Source: Podarcis pityusensis
Lineage: Eukaryota
Assembly (NCBI GenBank): GCA_964106645.2
Contig: OZ067046.1
DNA: 64,000 bases
Reading direction: 5' to 3' (one strand)
Shown here: positions 1 to 13,680 of the stretch, in pieces
Layout of the letters: each line of letters opens with the position of its first letter
Position numbering within the stretch: the first letter of the stretch is position 1
The notes under the pieces: model-generated
What the model saw: the letters and a program-made list of their open reading frames with translations, nothing else
The model's database searches: none
Told to the model about the DNA's origin: nothing
Position numbers and translations under genes: made by a program

Positions 1-344
1 GGCTGGATCCCTTGCGCATGCACACTCACAAAGGTGTTACTTTACACATGATCCAAGTGCAAAATAAGTATGTTCCAAACACTCAGTTGATTGAAACAGC
101 TGCTGCCACTTCCTTGCCTCCAAAGAACCCACTCCTTTGTGGGTCAGAGGAAGGAGTAGCAGGTACTTCAGGTCCTCAACCCAACATTCTTCTCCCCACA
201 TCTTGCTAGAATTGCCATCCTTTTTGCTGGCCTGCTTCCATGCCTTTAACAGCAGCCTGATATGCTCAAATTAAATAGATGAAAGCTTGCCTATTAGGGA
301 GACAGAAGAATAAATAGGAAAGGAATGGAAAACAGAATTCCCAA

Positions 345-900
345 TATAATACTGCCCTTATGGAAATGTATGGTGAGGCTACACCTGGAATACCATTTGC
401 AGCTCTGGCAACTTCACCTCAAAAAAGTTATTGTAGAGCTGGAAAAAGGGTTCAGGAAAGGACAACCAAAATGATCGAGGGGATGGAGCAAGTCCCCTAT
501 GAAGAAAGGTTGCAACATTTGGGCTTTTTAGTTCTGAGGGAAAGACAAGCAAGAAGAGACACGATAGACGTAGATAAAACTATGCATGGTGTGGGAAACA
601 TGGACAGAGGAGTTTTTCTCCCTCTCTCATAATTCTAGAATCAGAAACATCCAATGAAGCTGAATCTTGGAATATTCAGGACAGAAAAAAGGAAACATTT
701 TATAGAAAATAAATACTATGTGTTATAATATTATATTTTCTATGCATTCATTGCATAGTTAAACTGTGGAATATGCCACCACAATATGTAGTGATGGGCA
801 CCGATTTGGAGAGCCTTAAAAGGAAATTAGACAATTTCACGGAGAATAAGACAATGGTTTTTAGCCATTTTACATTGGAGGTGGTATGCCTCTGAATTTC
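345..900 (+). mobile_element. CR1 LINE 3' fragment (degraded ORF2 C-terminus)
   Basis: Frameshifted translation resembles the CR1 ORF2 end (..KRVQERTTKMIEGMEQVPYEERLQHLG..RRDTIDVDKTMHG..), followed by CR1-type 3' sequence. Confidence 0.85.
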
Positions 901-2481
901 AAGTCTCCATTCTTTTGTGTTTCACACAGTGCTTCTTCTGATGTGTATAAAATACAAAACAAATAACAGCACAAAACAAAGTACCACAAATCCTAAGCTT
1001 GGGACATTTTCTTGCTCAGGTAGATTCACAAGAACCAGGGCAGCCTCCTCTGATAGGCCGTAAAGCCAATTCTTTCCTTAAATTTGCTTTCTACTCTCAC
1101 ATGAGCCCATATTTCAGCTGAGATACCCACCCTCCAATTAAAAGGCTGTTGTTGGAAACTTAGAACCCTATGCAACTGTGGTATTTACTGAGGGTGGTTT
1201 GCACTTCCTCTTAGTTATGGTCTCGCTGGGATTATTTTAGTTCATATGGAAAATAACTCTGTGTTCTTAAACATAGATAATGGCCACACTTTATGGGTGG
1301 TGGAGATATGCATGGTCCAATATTTTGTAGTAATGTTTTTACTAAGATTGTAAAAGGTCCAAGTTGGTGATGCTGAAAGCATTTTTGTTTTGGGGCACCT
1401 CCAGATGAGTGTTTATTATGGCATCTGTGGTCTGCATATCATCTCGGAATATATTTTGCAGCATTCACATGGTATTGTTGGCATCAAAATGCTGGGAAAA
1501 TCTGATAGGTGAAAATATGAACCCCTTTTGCCAATGTCCCACTTGCAATATCCAAATGATCCTTTTCCAAATTAAGCCCCTCACGCCCCAATCTGGGAGT
1601 ACCTTTTGTGTGTGTGAAGGGGACTTTATTAGAAACTAACCTCAGTAACAATTTGAAGTGAGTCCGCATATTGCATTATTTGCATGAGAACCGCAATTAT
1701 CTCTTGACAGCCTGAATGTGTGAAACTGCTAAACTGCTCTCCCCACCGCTGGCAAGATCAGTCATCATTAATCAGCATTGCCACTTATCATATCAGGTAA
1801 TTAACCGACTTATGGGGCCAAACGGGAAGCTAATGAGATTATCATGTTGGTCGACACCTGTCATGTTACATTCATCACTTTTAAATCTCACCTGAAGACA
1901 AACGCTTGCAAAATAATGTGTCACAGTTAAATGAATAGGATAAACCTTCAGGCGAGCAGCTGGCAATCACAGGACTAAGGTTTCCCATTCCTCACAAGGA
2001 AGCATGAGAATCAGAAATGGGTGGAGCAATGAGTACAAATGTTTACCTTTGTGCAGTAAGCTAATTTCTACACACAAGTGCTGTATGTCTTTGAAGTAAA
2101 ACTCCCCTCTTCCCCGATCATTGGCTGTTGTGGCTGGGGTTGATGGGAACAGGAGTCAAGCAAGGTCTGGAGAGCCACAGGTTCCCCATCCATGGTGGTG
2201 GAGGAGAGGAGTACGTACTCCAGCTCCCTGCCTGCTTAACCCCTGACATTCCCACACAGAGGTCTGGGAAAGGCTTAGAAGTGCATTCAGAAGAACATGT
2301 TTAGAAGACACGCTGTGATCAGGAACCCAGCATTATTGGGTTTGCTGATCATGTGGAGCCTTCTAAGCATGCTCAGCTTATATTTGGATTGAACATAATG
2401 CACAATCACAAAATGACAGCTGACAGCAAGGTAATAATAATAATAATAGTCAGTTGATATGGCAGAAGAAGAATGGTAGTA

Positions 2482-2722
2482 CAGTTGGACCTCGGTTGCT
2501 GAACATAATCCATTCCAGAAGACGGTTTAACTTCTGAAACATCTGAAAGCTGAGGCTCAATGGACGGTCGGCAAAATCCATTGGAAAAATGGACAAATGC
2601 CCCTCAGAAGCCGTTCAACTTCTGAGGCGTGTTCAAAAACGGAAGCATTCACTTCTGGGTTGTCGGCGTTCGAAAGCTGAAATGTTTGACTTCCAAAGCA
2701 TTCAGCAACCGAGGTTCCACTG
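2482..2722. mobile_element. Tc1/mariner (Tigger/pogo-like) non-autonomous element
   Basis: TA|CAGTTGGACCTCGGTTGCTGAA ... TTCAGCAACCGAGGTTCCACTG|TA terminal inverted repeats with TA target duplication. Confidence 0.85.
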
Positions 2723-2756
2723 TAATAGGTTCTGGGGCACCACCCTTCACCCAGTT

Positions 2757-2758
<2 letters not shown>

Positions 2759-2797
<39 letters not shown>
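2759..2797. repeat. (AC)n microsatellite
   Basis: Direct reading. Confidence 0.95.
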
Positions 2798-2799
<2 letters not shown>

Positions 2800-3531
2800 G
2801 GCATCTTTCTGTTGGCTATCTACTTTGCTCACAGTGGGCTGCTTCCTTGAAATCAGATCAGGCTAAAAATCCCAATTTATACACAGTAGACTGCTTCTCC
2901 ATCCAGACTTTTGGGGGTGGGGTGGAGCACATTCACTTTTTAAAAAAATGGACATAAGGTTACATGGTTCATTGTGCTCCAGTTTGGAGATGTCAGCCAC
3001 TTTCCAGTTTTGACGTGGAATACTCCTCTGTCCCCTTGCTTTGATGTGATTGTTGAAAGAGATGACTATGCTTTGATGCTGCAATCACACAGTGTGAACA
3101 AGCAACATGCTCTTGTCAAGCTTCTAGTGGTACAGCAATGAAACTGCTAGCACATCTGCAAAGCTAAGCAGGGTCCAGTATGGTTTCAAATTGGTTGAGA
3201 GACTATGTGTTGAGGTCCCTGCATTGCAGGAGGTTGGACTAGATCACCCTCAGGATCCCTTCCAACTCTATAATTCTGGGATGCCTCAACTGATGAACAT
3301 AGGCTAAGGAATTTTGGCATCCTAAATGGGGTATTTGTGAATGATGTACATCTTCCAGAGCAGACATAAGTAACTCTGAAATTTGATATTTGAATATGAT
3401 ATCCTTTTGGTTTAAAAACAAAAACAAACTCTTGGTCACTTCATGGATTTACATATTAACATTCCTATTTATTTTTTAAAGCTGCTCTGCCTACTTTTGA
3501 CATTATTAACTATTTTAATTTGAAACAAACT

Positions 3532-4000
3532 TGGAGGCAGTGTGGCCTAGTGGTTAGAGTGCTGGACTAGAGAGATCAGGGTTCAGTTCCTTAATTAGCC
3601 ATAGGTGGATTTGGGCAAGTCACTGTCTTTTAACCAAAACTATTTTTCAGGAGAGAACCATACCTCATGTATGTCATACAGTCATACCTCATGTTACGTC
3701 TGCTTCATGTTACGTTCTTTCAGGTTATGTCCTGCGGCGACCCGGAAGTACCAGAAAGGGTTACTTCCGGGTTTCGCTGCTCGCACATGCGCAGAAGCGC
3801 AAAATGATGTCACGTGCATGCGCAGAAGCGGTGAATCGCAACCCATGCATGCGCAGATGTGACACTGCGGGTTGTGATCTTTTCATGTTGCGAACGGGCC
3901 TCCGGAACAGATCCCATTCGCAACCAGAGGTACCACTGTACACCAGATTCAGCTCCTTAGAGGAAATATGAGATATAATTAATCTAAATAAATAAATAAA
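3532..4000 (+). mobile_element. Old tRNA-derived SINE (Squam3/MIR-like) interrupted by a MITE
   Basis: A-box-like TGGCCTAGTGG, B-box-like GGTTCAGTTCC and a (TAAA)n tail at ~3985-4000. The MITE sits at 3679-3938. Confidence 0.6.
3679..3938. mobile_element. Tc1/mariner (Tigger-like) MITE
   Basis: TA|CAGTCATACCTC ... GAGGTACCACTG|TA. Internal CATGCGCAGA motifs are repeated. Confidence 0.85.
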
Positions 4001-5582
4001 GCTTATTAATGACTTTTCAACTATTAAAAAAGTTTTTACACTTTATCTACTTTCTAGTGTGTTTCAACTTTCCTGGATTTTATTTCCTGTGAAAGCCTGA
4101 TCTTAAAAATCAAATAAAACAGAATCTATTTCTGTGCATCCGAATTGACATTCATAAATATGTATGCATTTTCTATTATGTATTTATTGTAATGTATTTT
4201 CTGATGTAGCGCACCACTTGTTTTCTCAAGTAAATTTCACTACATTCTGGAGGGATTGCTTCCAAGTAATTATGCATAGTCTTGCAGCCTTAGGAAATAC
4301 ATTGATTGTACAAGTTCAAGAGCATCACATCCCTGCAGATTATAGCCTTAGATAGCAAGCAGATAGCCATGAAGAATTAAAAGAAAATTATAGCCTGTCA
4401 CAATAATGGTTCGTATTTGTTGCTTATAATATTTTAGCATTTCTGATTAAAATAAAATAAAAACAAATTTGTTTTGATTGAAAGGAGGTGAACTGAGCAA
4501 AGGAACTGTACGGTATTTGAATTCACAAATCAGTAGCAAAGAAAATGTGTGAATGGCTGCATTTCCCCACTGCTGTTTTTGATTGCATTATTCTTGTCAC
4601 TTTGCATCTTTGCAACATGCACCCGGCATCTCTTGCACACTGTAGACAGCTGGTCTTGTTTTCCTTTTCTGATTTCTATGCATTCTCTGGCAAGGCTAGC
4701 AATGTTAGAACACAGAAGTACAGACAAATAAGCAGTCACCAAATAGTATTTTTTATTTCCACTTTACTTTAACCATGACCCATGATAGATTCAGATGTCA
4801 GCACTGGAAGAAAACATCTCTTCGTATTAACACAAACTGTGCTACTTTTTCATATAACATTTCTCTGCTTTCCCTACACACATTTTTTTTTTCATTCTTA
4901 AAAAAACATAGCCAGTATTTATTCAGACAGTGTATATCCAGTGGGCATTGATTTCCATAATCATTGCAGCCGTTTTACTTGTACAGAGAAACAATCCTTT
5001 TCCAGAGGCAAAACTAGATGCTTGGTGACATAGACCTGTGTTTGGGAATCTGTTTTGCCACTTAAACACCTGCCAAGCTGGGCAAGAGCTATTTATAGTG
5101 GGAGATTAGAGGGAAATTTGTAGTGTGGGATAGAGAAGGAAAGGATACTTTAAAAATTATTATTACATTTATATACCACCTTTTTCTCCCAAGGAGCTCA
5201 AAGTGGCATATATGGTTCTCCTCTGCCCTCTTTCATCCTCACAACAACCTGTTGCACATCATTTAAATGTATAACATACACATATGCACTCCAGGCTTCC
5301 TAAAGTACCCAACACATAAAAAGCTACATACCACAATGCCTATAAAAGTATAAAAATACTTACTATCTTCCTGCAGCATAATTTTGTAATTATTAATAGT
5401 ATCACGGGAGGCTTTTACATGTAATATATACATGCATTTTGCCTATATTTAATCTGTTTTATTTAAAAAAAACCACACACAGTGCATGAGTGGCTCAGAC
5501 TTAAGTGTGCACTCCACTCAAGATGCTTTGGTTTGATGTGGCCCAAACCCAGTCAGGTAAGAACCACCCATTTCTGTGCATA

Positions 5583-5940
5583 AAAAGGTAAAGGTAAAGG
5601 GACCCCTGACCATTAGGTCCAGTCGTGGACGACTCTGGAGTTGCGGTGCTCATCTCGCTTTACTGGCCGAGGGAGCCGGCGTACAGCTTCCGGGTCATGT
5701 GGCCAGCATGACTAAGCTGCTTCTGGTGAACCAGAGCAATGCATGGAAACGCCGTTTACCTTCCTGCCAGAGCGGTATCTATTTATCTACTTGCACTTTG
5801 ACATGCTTTCGAAATGCTAGGTTGGCAGGAGCTGGGACTGAGCAATGGGAGCTCACCCCGTCGCGGGGATTTGAACCGCCGACCTTCTGATCGGCAAGTG
5901 CTAGGCTCTGTGGTTTAACCCACAGTGTCACCTGCATCCC
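5583..5940 (-). mobile_element. Sauria SINE (POM/Squam1-type), full length
   Basis: tRNA-like head and (ACCTTT)n tail on the minus strand. TSD TTTCTGTGCATA at 5571-5582 and 5942-5953. Confidence 0.95.
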
Positions 5941-7136
5941 TTTTCTGTGCATAGGTTCATTAAAAAGAGGACATTTCCTCCATCCCTCCATCCAACGGCC
6001 AATCTTTTAGACTTCCAAGTACATTAAACAAACAATGAATATTTAGACCCTAAATTCTGTTCAATTAATTTACAAAGCTCGAGCAATTTCTCCATTAGCT
6101 GTGCCAAAGTTAACTTTAATTTCTGACTACGGGAGCTTTGCTGCTTTGAAGCTCAGCGGAATAGTCACCCAAATGGTATCACATCTGGCTTTTATTTTAG
6201 CATACATGAAGATGGCAATTATCTAATCTAACCATCAGTGTCTGTGGGGGGGGGGGGGTGATACCTTTAGCTGGAGATGTTCCAGAAATGCAAACACTCC
6301 TTATTAGCAATAGAGAAAGATAGCCACTTCTTGTGTGTTTTTTTAAGGGAGGGGACAATTTCCATTTGGCCTGAATACCGAAGACAGAGAAGCATCATTG
6401 TTCTGCCTCCATTGACTCACATTCTTTCCTCCAACTCTTTGTAAGATTAGTGTGTGTAGAACTTAGAGCCCCCCCAATTAATCAATTTGCCCCTTTGTCT
6501 TGCAGAGTTTCACTCCTATTCAGTTTCTGAACTGCACCCTGCTTAGCAGTCTTGTAATTCCTTTTCTCTCAGGCTTGCGCCCTAAAAGGAGGGAGTGTAG
6601 GATACAAGGAGAAGAAGCCAGCCATCAACCCGTAGTAGCGACAGATAGCTTAAGGTCCCCCTGCCCCCCACTTTCTTTTCAGCGAGTGCTGAATGGAGGA
6701 AGGTTAGCTGACAAATAAAGGGATGGGTTTTTCAGCTCCTGCCTGGGATTTCAAGGGGACCCCATGACAATGACTCACAGATTAGAGTTTATTTTAGCCA
6801 TTAGTTGCCACTGGCAGCTTAGACATAATGACCCGGACAAAAGAAAGCCCTTCTGAGACCCACAGACTTATTATCTCCCCCTAAATCTTCTCTCCTTGTC
6901 ACATGTTTACCAACACTCCACACTGCCATTGTGGCTGCTGAATTCAAAGCTTTCTCTTGGGTGCAAAATGTTAAATAGGGGAGAAATTACTATTTTAGTG
7001 CTGCCTCCTGTCACACATCCTGTATGAAGCAGGAACGGTTAGTTTATAGCCCTTCTATAACACCTTTGGAAGGAAGGAAGTTTAACCCTGTCAACATTGC
7101 TAGTCCTGCCTTGCAAAAAGTACAAAGAAATAGCAG

Positions 7137-7260
7137 TTCCCAGGCTGTTAGTCTGTTGCAGCAAAATTGACAAGATTCCCGTGGCACCTTAAATGGAGAC
7201 TGACAAGTTTTATGGTGGCCTATGGTTTTGTGGACTAAAGTCCACTTAATCGGATGCAAC
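7137..7260 (-). mobile_element. Penelope-like element terminal fragment with decayed hammerhead motif
   Basis: Same layout as the 15.4 kb element (GTTAGTCTG..GCACCTTA..). The minus strand reads CAT-CCGATTAA-GTGGAC-TTTA-GTCCAC-AAAA, a degenerate CTGATGA/stem II/GAAA core. Confidence 0.6.
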
Positions 7261-7390
7261 AAATAAGTACGTAGTGTTCTCTTCTGTCAAACTACTGCCT
7301 TGCTTTGCCTTCAGGGTTTAGTGAGAAAACTCTTCAGTTTTCTGTGAAAGACTAAAGAGGAAGCCTGAGATTTGCCACTGAAAGACTTCT

Positions 7391-7650
7391 GGAGAGCCAG
7401 TGTGGTGTAGTGGTTAAGAGCGGTAGTCTCGTAATCTGGGAAACCGGGTTCGCGTCTCTGCTCCTCCACATGCAGCTGCTGGGTGACCTTGGGCCAGTCA
7501 TACTTCTCTGAAGTCTCTCAGCCCCACTCACCTCACAGAGTGTTTGTTGTGGGGGAGGAAGGGAAAGGAGATTGTTAGCCGCTTTGAGACTCCTTAAAGG
7601 GAGTGAAAGGCGGGATATCAAATCCAAACTCCTCTTCTTCTTCTTCTTCT
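7391..7650 (+). mobile_element. Squam3-type tRNA-derived SINE
   Basis: A box TGGTGTAGTGG, B box GGTTCGCGTCTC, L2-like 3' part and (CTT)n tail, with a flanking CTTCTGG repeat. Confidence 0.85.
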
Positions 7651-9067
7651 GGTAGATTTCCCTGTGAGAAATAGAAGACCGTTCATTCTGAAGTGATCAT
7701 ATGTGAACCTCCATTCTGAGGCTCTGTTGCTCCTCTCAGCGACACCATGGCACCGCTTTGTACTGATGTTACAATCTTCTAGGGTTTGCAAAATTTGGGG
7801 GCCTAGTGGTCACATTTGGAATGTTTAAAAAGTGCCATGGAGGTGTGGCATAACACTAAATGGCAGAAAAAATAAGACGACAAAAGGGCATGGGCATTCT
7901 CCCATTTCAGTGGGTGGAAAGGTGCCTACATGAGCCATTGTCACACTCCTCAGACAGATAAGCTTTTTCCACCACTCTTCTGTTCAAAACAAAAAGGAGG
8001 GAAGGTCTCAAGTCTTAGTATCCAAGGAAATGTGTGCATATTCAAAGGGGTGTGTTCAATGTAGGAAAGGCCAAGCCAGTGCATGCATGAACTGAGATCA
8101 GGAAGAGCAAATAGTCTCTCATGAACTGTGGATTTTTTAGAGGATATTTACTGAGAAATTTCATGGGCACCATTGGAAACACTGGCAGACACCTGGCCTC
8201 ATCAAACCATGGAATATTTTAAAGAGCTGTTCCAGGGCTCACTGGGAGATGAGGTTCTCATGATGTTCTCTGTGACATAGTCAGGTGTAAACTTCGCTTC
8301 ATAAATATAGCTTTACATTTAAGTAGTTCATGTCCTTTTAAAATGACGCTCTTTAAAGTGCTTTTTGAATGCTGTATGAATGTACCCAAAATATCTTTGA
8401 GGAGAGTCCTTCAGCTGTGGCAAGAGTATAGGCCATCTGTTGCAAGATTAAACTAGTCAATCTCCCACCAACATTTCACAGACGGATGGATTTGCTTTCA
8501 CTGGGTTTTACAGAAAGTCATTAGCAGACTCAAGGACAGAATTAGTAACTCTTCAGTTGCTCTGGTCCCTGATGTATTTCTTGGAAGCGGCTGTATTTGC
8601 AGATAACTTTTCAAAAAACAAACTCTAAAGCTATTCTCACAGCGACATTAACTTTTTTAATGCATTGCATTTATAACCGTTTTAATTCTTGACATTCCAC
8701 TGAGGTTTGGCAACTGTTCCCACCAATGTTTACCCCACATGTACATTTCATGCTTGGAATGATTTTTTTATATAAAAAACCCTTTGGCTATCCCATACAC
8801 TCGTGAAAGATGTCTTGGAGGAATCAGTTGAAAATGAATGTCTATCCCCTTAGTTGTGTTTGGGTTAAACTGTTCTTAAACCAATAATCCATAGTGTCTC
8901 ACTTTGTCCAACATGGGAAACTATGGTTATTGGCTTTGGAACAAGCAAGGATCTTGAAGTAGGCTAAAGATCCTGGTTTGTTCCAAAGCTGGTAACCATA
9001 GTTTTCTAGTCCAGATGAAATGGGGAACTGTGTGTAACTAATAAGAATTTCAGGCTTAATTGCATGC

Positions 9068-9256
9068 ATGTTGGGAAAGATTGAGGGCACAAGGAGAAGA
9101 GGATGACAGAGGACGAGATGGTTGGACAGTGTTTTCGAAGCTACTAACATGAGTTTGACCAAACTGCGGGAGGCAGTGGAAGACAGGAGTGCCTGGCGTG
9201 CTGTGGTCCATGGGGTCCATGAGGTCAGACACGACTAAACGACTGAACAACAACAA
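9068..9256 (+). mobile_element. BovB (RTE) LINE 3' end
   Basis: Matches the 3' end of the 17.6 kb BovB copy and ends in (CAA)n. Confidence 0.95.
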
Positions 9257-10039
9257 GAGGAAGAGTAAAAGGGCAAAAGGCTTTCTCATATCTTGGCCTG
9301 TTAAGCCTGAATCAGCTAACTGTCTCTGCTAATTCTGTTTCCTGCTGGAAGATGACACTTACAGTAGCTCTGTATCTTCCAGAGATAAACTAACCACACC
9401 TTACTCCACTTAATCTAGAATAATTACTCTTTAGAAGAAGAAAAAATGAAAAATGTTGCAAACCTCATTGAAATTATTTTTACTTCCCTTGAAATTCCTG
9501 TGAATGCTGTGCCAGAACTGAAACATGCAAATTCACTTCACTAAGCAGCATCCTATTTCATTTGCCCATGAAAAGTTTTGATGTCATGTGTTCCAATAAG
9601 TCTTTTTAGAATCCATTTTCTTAGAGGACTGGACTAATGACCCTTGAGGGGTCTACAATTCTATGTGTAATAATGGACTGGAAGATTGAACGAAAGCCTG
9701 CAATTTAACCATTCGTGGTTATTTCATGAATATGAATATGAAAAGATACTGAAATAGTGTTAAGTGACAAACAATTTATAATAAGTGGGTTTTTTAAAAA
9801 AATAATTACCCTAAATCTGATGTGCACATCTGCTTAGAAGTCAGTCCCAGCTCTGTTGAGTGGTTTCTCCTATAGATTTTGTGTACAGGGCAACACCCAT
9901 ATTCAACTTACAAATATGATACCTATAATACCTGGGCAACTGTAGTGCTATTTTAGACAGTAAACTGAATATGCAAAGGGAGCCAATGCTAGTGTTAGTG
10001 GACAGAGAAGTGGCACTACAAAATATTCCTTGTCTTATT

Positions 10040-10200
10040 ATTTATTGTAATCTGTGTGGGGCTGTCCCAAGACTGACCTGTAACCTGCAGCTAATGCAAA
10101 TAGAGCAGCTTGACTGTAATAGGGCAGCCTTCCATGATCATGCTACACCACTGCTGAAATTATTGCACTGGCTAGCAACTGGCCACCAGCCTAAGCCTTA
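10040..10200 (+). mobile_element. Degraded L2 fragment
   Basis: Translation ..LQLMQ..DHATPLLKLLHWL.. resembles the L2 HITPVLxxLHWLP motif. Confidence 0.6.
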
Positions 10201-10238
10201 GCTGCAAAGAATATTACATGCTACATGTTCATAAAATA

Positions 10239-10603
10239 AAGAAAGGTAAAGGACCCCTGACAGTTAAGTCCAGTCACGAATGACTCTGGGGTTGTGGCGC
10301 TCATTTTGCTTTACTGGCCGAAGAAGCCGACATTTGCCCGCAGACAGTTTTTCTGGGTCATGTGGCCAGCATGACTAAGCTGCTTCTGGTGAAACCAGAG
10401 CAGCGCACGGAAATGCCATTTACCTTCCCGCCAGAGCGGTACCTATTTCTCTACTTGCACTTTGACGTGCTTTCGAACTGCTAAGTTGACAGGAGTTGGG
10501 ACTGAGCAACGGGAGCTCACCCTGTCACGGGGATTTGAAACGCCAACCTTCCGATAGGCAAGCCCTAAGCTCAGTGGTTTAGACCACAGCACCGCCTGTG
10601 TCC
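10239..10603 (-). mobile_element. Sauria SINE, full length
   Basis: Homologous to the other copies. TSD CATAAAATA. Confidence 0.95.
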
Positions 10604-12966
10604 CATAAAATAGCTGCATTTTAAATCTGATGCTTTTTTAAAAATAGAAGCTGTGCCACCCTTGCTATGAAAATAGAATGAAATCATTTTTATGTACAGT
10701 ATTATTCTATTCAGACCTTCCTAATGATCTTTAACTGCAACACCATCACCAGACACCATTTTAGAACCCAAAGTACCGTAATTATTGAAGCTACAATCAA
10801 ATGTAGTCTGTGTTATTTCAAATGACAGAACATAGAATAGCTTCAGGTAAAATCATTAAGGGGAAAATGTAAGGTAAAAAGGACACTGGCAGGTTAACGT
10901 AAAACAGCATTGACAGGGCAACCTAAATAAAAATATGAAACAGAAAATTTATCCAAAATTAGGAGGGTTTTCTACAGCCATTCTTTTGCAGAATCCCCAT
11001 TAAAACAGTTCCAGACAGCCCATCTAAAGCTGCATTTTTGAGTGAGGCCTCTGCAGTTCTTAGCATCCATCATGCAAAGCCATGTCTGAAATCTATGCAC
11101 GGGATATTTCTGATAACACACCCAAAGTTTCCAAATGTATGCATTCCTGAAAGAGGAACCATGGAAGTGACCCAAAAGGAGATGTCAGACATGGTATAAA
11201 GCCACATCTAACTTTAGCCCAGGTCCAGATAACATGATGCTGTTACATGCTATAGACATGAGTGGAAAGGAGCCAATCAAAAATCACTTGGGAGACAGTT
11301 TCACATGCTCCCAAAAGATGACTATACCCCTCTGTTGTGCCACCATCTTCTGATGTTAGCAACAAAGCAACGGCAGAACCTGCTGTTTTAGCTGCCCCTA
11401 AGGCAATATTCAATCCAACTGAATCAAATGGTTATGGTGCTTCACTAATGTGCTTTTGCCATTTAATGATCTTGAGTCATCTTCCTATCAAGTTAAGGTG
11501 GATTAAATAGAATCCAAAAGACTTATCACTTCTTCCACTAATTAGTTGCTCAAAGATGAAATGATGAAAGGCATCCTGCTGTGTTGGTTCTGGGCATTTC
11601 ACACTTGAAACATAAATTGGACTGATTATCCTTAAAGACACTGATTACTATTGCCGCATGTCTTTCCTTTTTTTTTTTTTAAGTGCCCGGATATGCTAAG
11701 GGTGTTTGGAGCTGTGTTTGGCTTTTGGCAGTCACAAAGGAAGGGGCAGATAAATCCTCCTTTGCATTTCAACACCTTTTTTTCTGCCACTGCAAAATTG
11801 CAATTCAGATTTTTCAAATGTACCTTGGATTTATTTATTTTTTAAAAAGATGCTATGAGAAAAAGCCTGCAAAGAGCATGCTTAAGCTTTCTTTTTGTTT
11901 TTTAAGGTGGATGAGGCAATCAGTCTCCATTAGAAACATTGAGGAAAACATGAAATGTAAGTACAAACAATGTCAGGAATACATTTGCTTGTAAGCTTGA
12001 GGATGTTAGAAACTGCCTAGGATATTGTTTTTATCAAAAATAGAATGAATCCCTACAAAAATGAGAGGCTGGTACATTGTAGCCTTAATAACTTCAGGCA
12101 ACCGACAGCTGCTTCAAGCTCCATTCGGTGCAATCAGATTCCAAGAAAAGTGGAATCCAGGAGCCATTATATTTATATCACGATTGTTGCTTTCAAAACA
12201 AAATATGGAAATTTGGTCAGCTTAAGGAGAACAGGCAAAAAATTAAAGCCAAAACTTGGCATGTGGGGAGGCTCATGATAAATTAGGGGAAAAATGAGAA
12301 ACTACCATGGATGTAGCATTAATTGTGTAAATGAAATTAGCATGCTTATTTTTGCTATGTAAATAACAGTTGTGGGAAACCTGAGCTGCCATGGGGTCTG
12401 GGAGAGGAAGTTCAACTCTTTCCCACCCTGCCCCTCTTCCCACATAAATCTGAGGTGTTGTTTGCATTTCAAGAGACATTCCTGTTGGTTTTAATTACTT
12501 ATCTCCTCTGAGTTACATTTTCTTTATGAATAGCCCTGCAGGGCTTTCACCACCACATGCTCTCCTCTCCTCTTTTAGTACCTCTCCATGCTCCATAGTA
12601 CAAAGCAGGCATTTTTACTAGTGTCCAGTCTTCACACAACCAAAACTGAGGGATACTGAACTCTGGGGGATGACCCTGGTGGTAGGCCCCATTCCCAATG
12701 TCCATGAGTCCATCACCTCTAATGCACAGAGCCATAATTCATACATGCAGGACAGGGATGGTGAACCTGTGTGGCTTTCCAGATCTGTGAAATTACAGCT
12801 CCAAGAAGTTCAGCATATTTGACACCAATTGGTAGCAGCTTTCCATGAATTTCAGGCAGGAGTCCTTCCTACTTGTTGCTGAAGATGTGAGGTATTGAAA
12901 AGCATGTGCTCTACCACCAATCTTTTGAATAAAATAACTTTATAGCATGATAGGGTTGAAAGACTA

Positions 12967-13060
12967 AGCTCAGTTGGGATGACAAGGGGACATGGGACTC
13001 TTAATCTCAGGGTTGTGCGTTTGAGCCCCACATTGGGCAAAAAAATTCATTTATAGCGGG
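12967..13060 (+). mobile_element. tRNA(Lys)-like SINE head fragment
   Basis: AGCTCAGTTGG..GACTCTTAATCTCAGGGTTGTGCGTTTGAGCCCCACATTGGGC. Degenerate and not a functional tRNA. Confidence 0.6.
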
Positions 13061-13321
13061 GAGTGCCAAGAGAGTGAGAAATCTCTTGCTTTGCACAATC
13101 CTCTTTATGGAAGATAATGCATATCAATGTTATCTACCAATCTGTTTGCCAGCTTGTACTTGGACCTCTAGGGAGCAAGATACCCAGTCGCACACACTTC
13201 CCCTCCTCACAATTTTCATATGTCCCACAGTTAGTAGAAAATAAAATATAGTAGGAGCCAGCTTAATGTTTGTGGACCCTGTTTTGACTTTAAAAGGTCA
13301 AATTAGAAGAGACTATGCAAA

Positions 13322-13680
13322 GGGATGCAGGTGGCGCTGTGGTCTAAACCACTGAGCCTTGGACTTGCCGATTGGAAGGTTGGCAGTTCAAATCCCCGCG
13401 ATGGGGTGAGCTCCCGTTGCTCGCTCCCTGCTCCTGCCCACCCAGCAGTTCGAAAGCATGTCAAGTGCAAGTAAATAAATAGGTACCGCTCCGGCAGGAA
13501 GGTAAACGGCGTTTCCGTGCACTGCTCTGGTTCGCCAGAAGCGGCTTAGTCATGCTGGCCACATGACCCGGAAGCTGTCTGTGGACAAATGCTGGCTCCC
13601 TTGGCCTATAGAGTGAGATGAGCACACAACCCCAGAGTCGTACGCAACTGGATCTAACGGTCAGGGGTACCTTTACCTTT
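13322..13680 (+). mobile_element. Sauria SINE, full length
   Basis: GGGATGCAGGTGGCGCTGTGG head and ACCTTTACCTTT tail, with a TGCAAAGG flanking repeat. Confidence 0.95.

Noticed and set aside
3160-3210. 5S rRNA-like AAGCTAAGCAGGGTC
   Set aside because: Short degenerate fragment, probably a 5S-derived SINE head, and not an rRNA gene.
5576-5890. Recurrent ~100-120 aa ORFs (also 22734-23099 and 41796-42107) with similar peptides, suggesting a gene family
   Set aside because: They are antisense translations of Sauria SINE copies.
7392-7470. tRNA gene candidates (also at SINE heads and 12967-13040)
   Set aside because: A/B boxes belong to SINE heads, and there is no complete cloverleaf.
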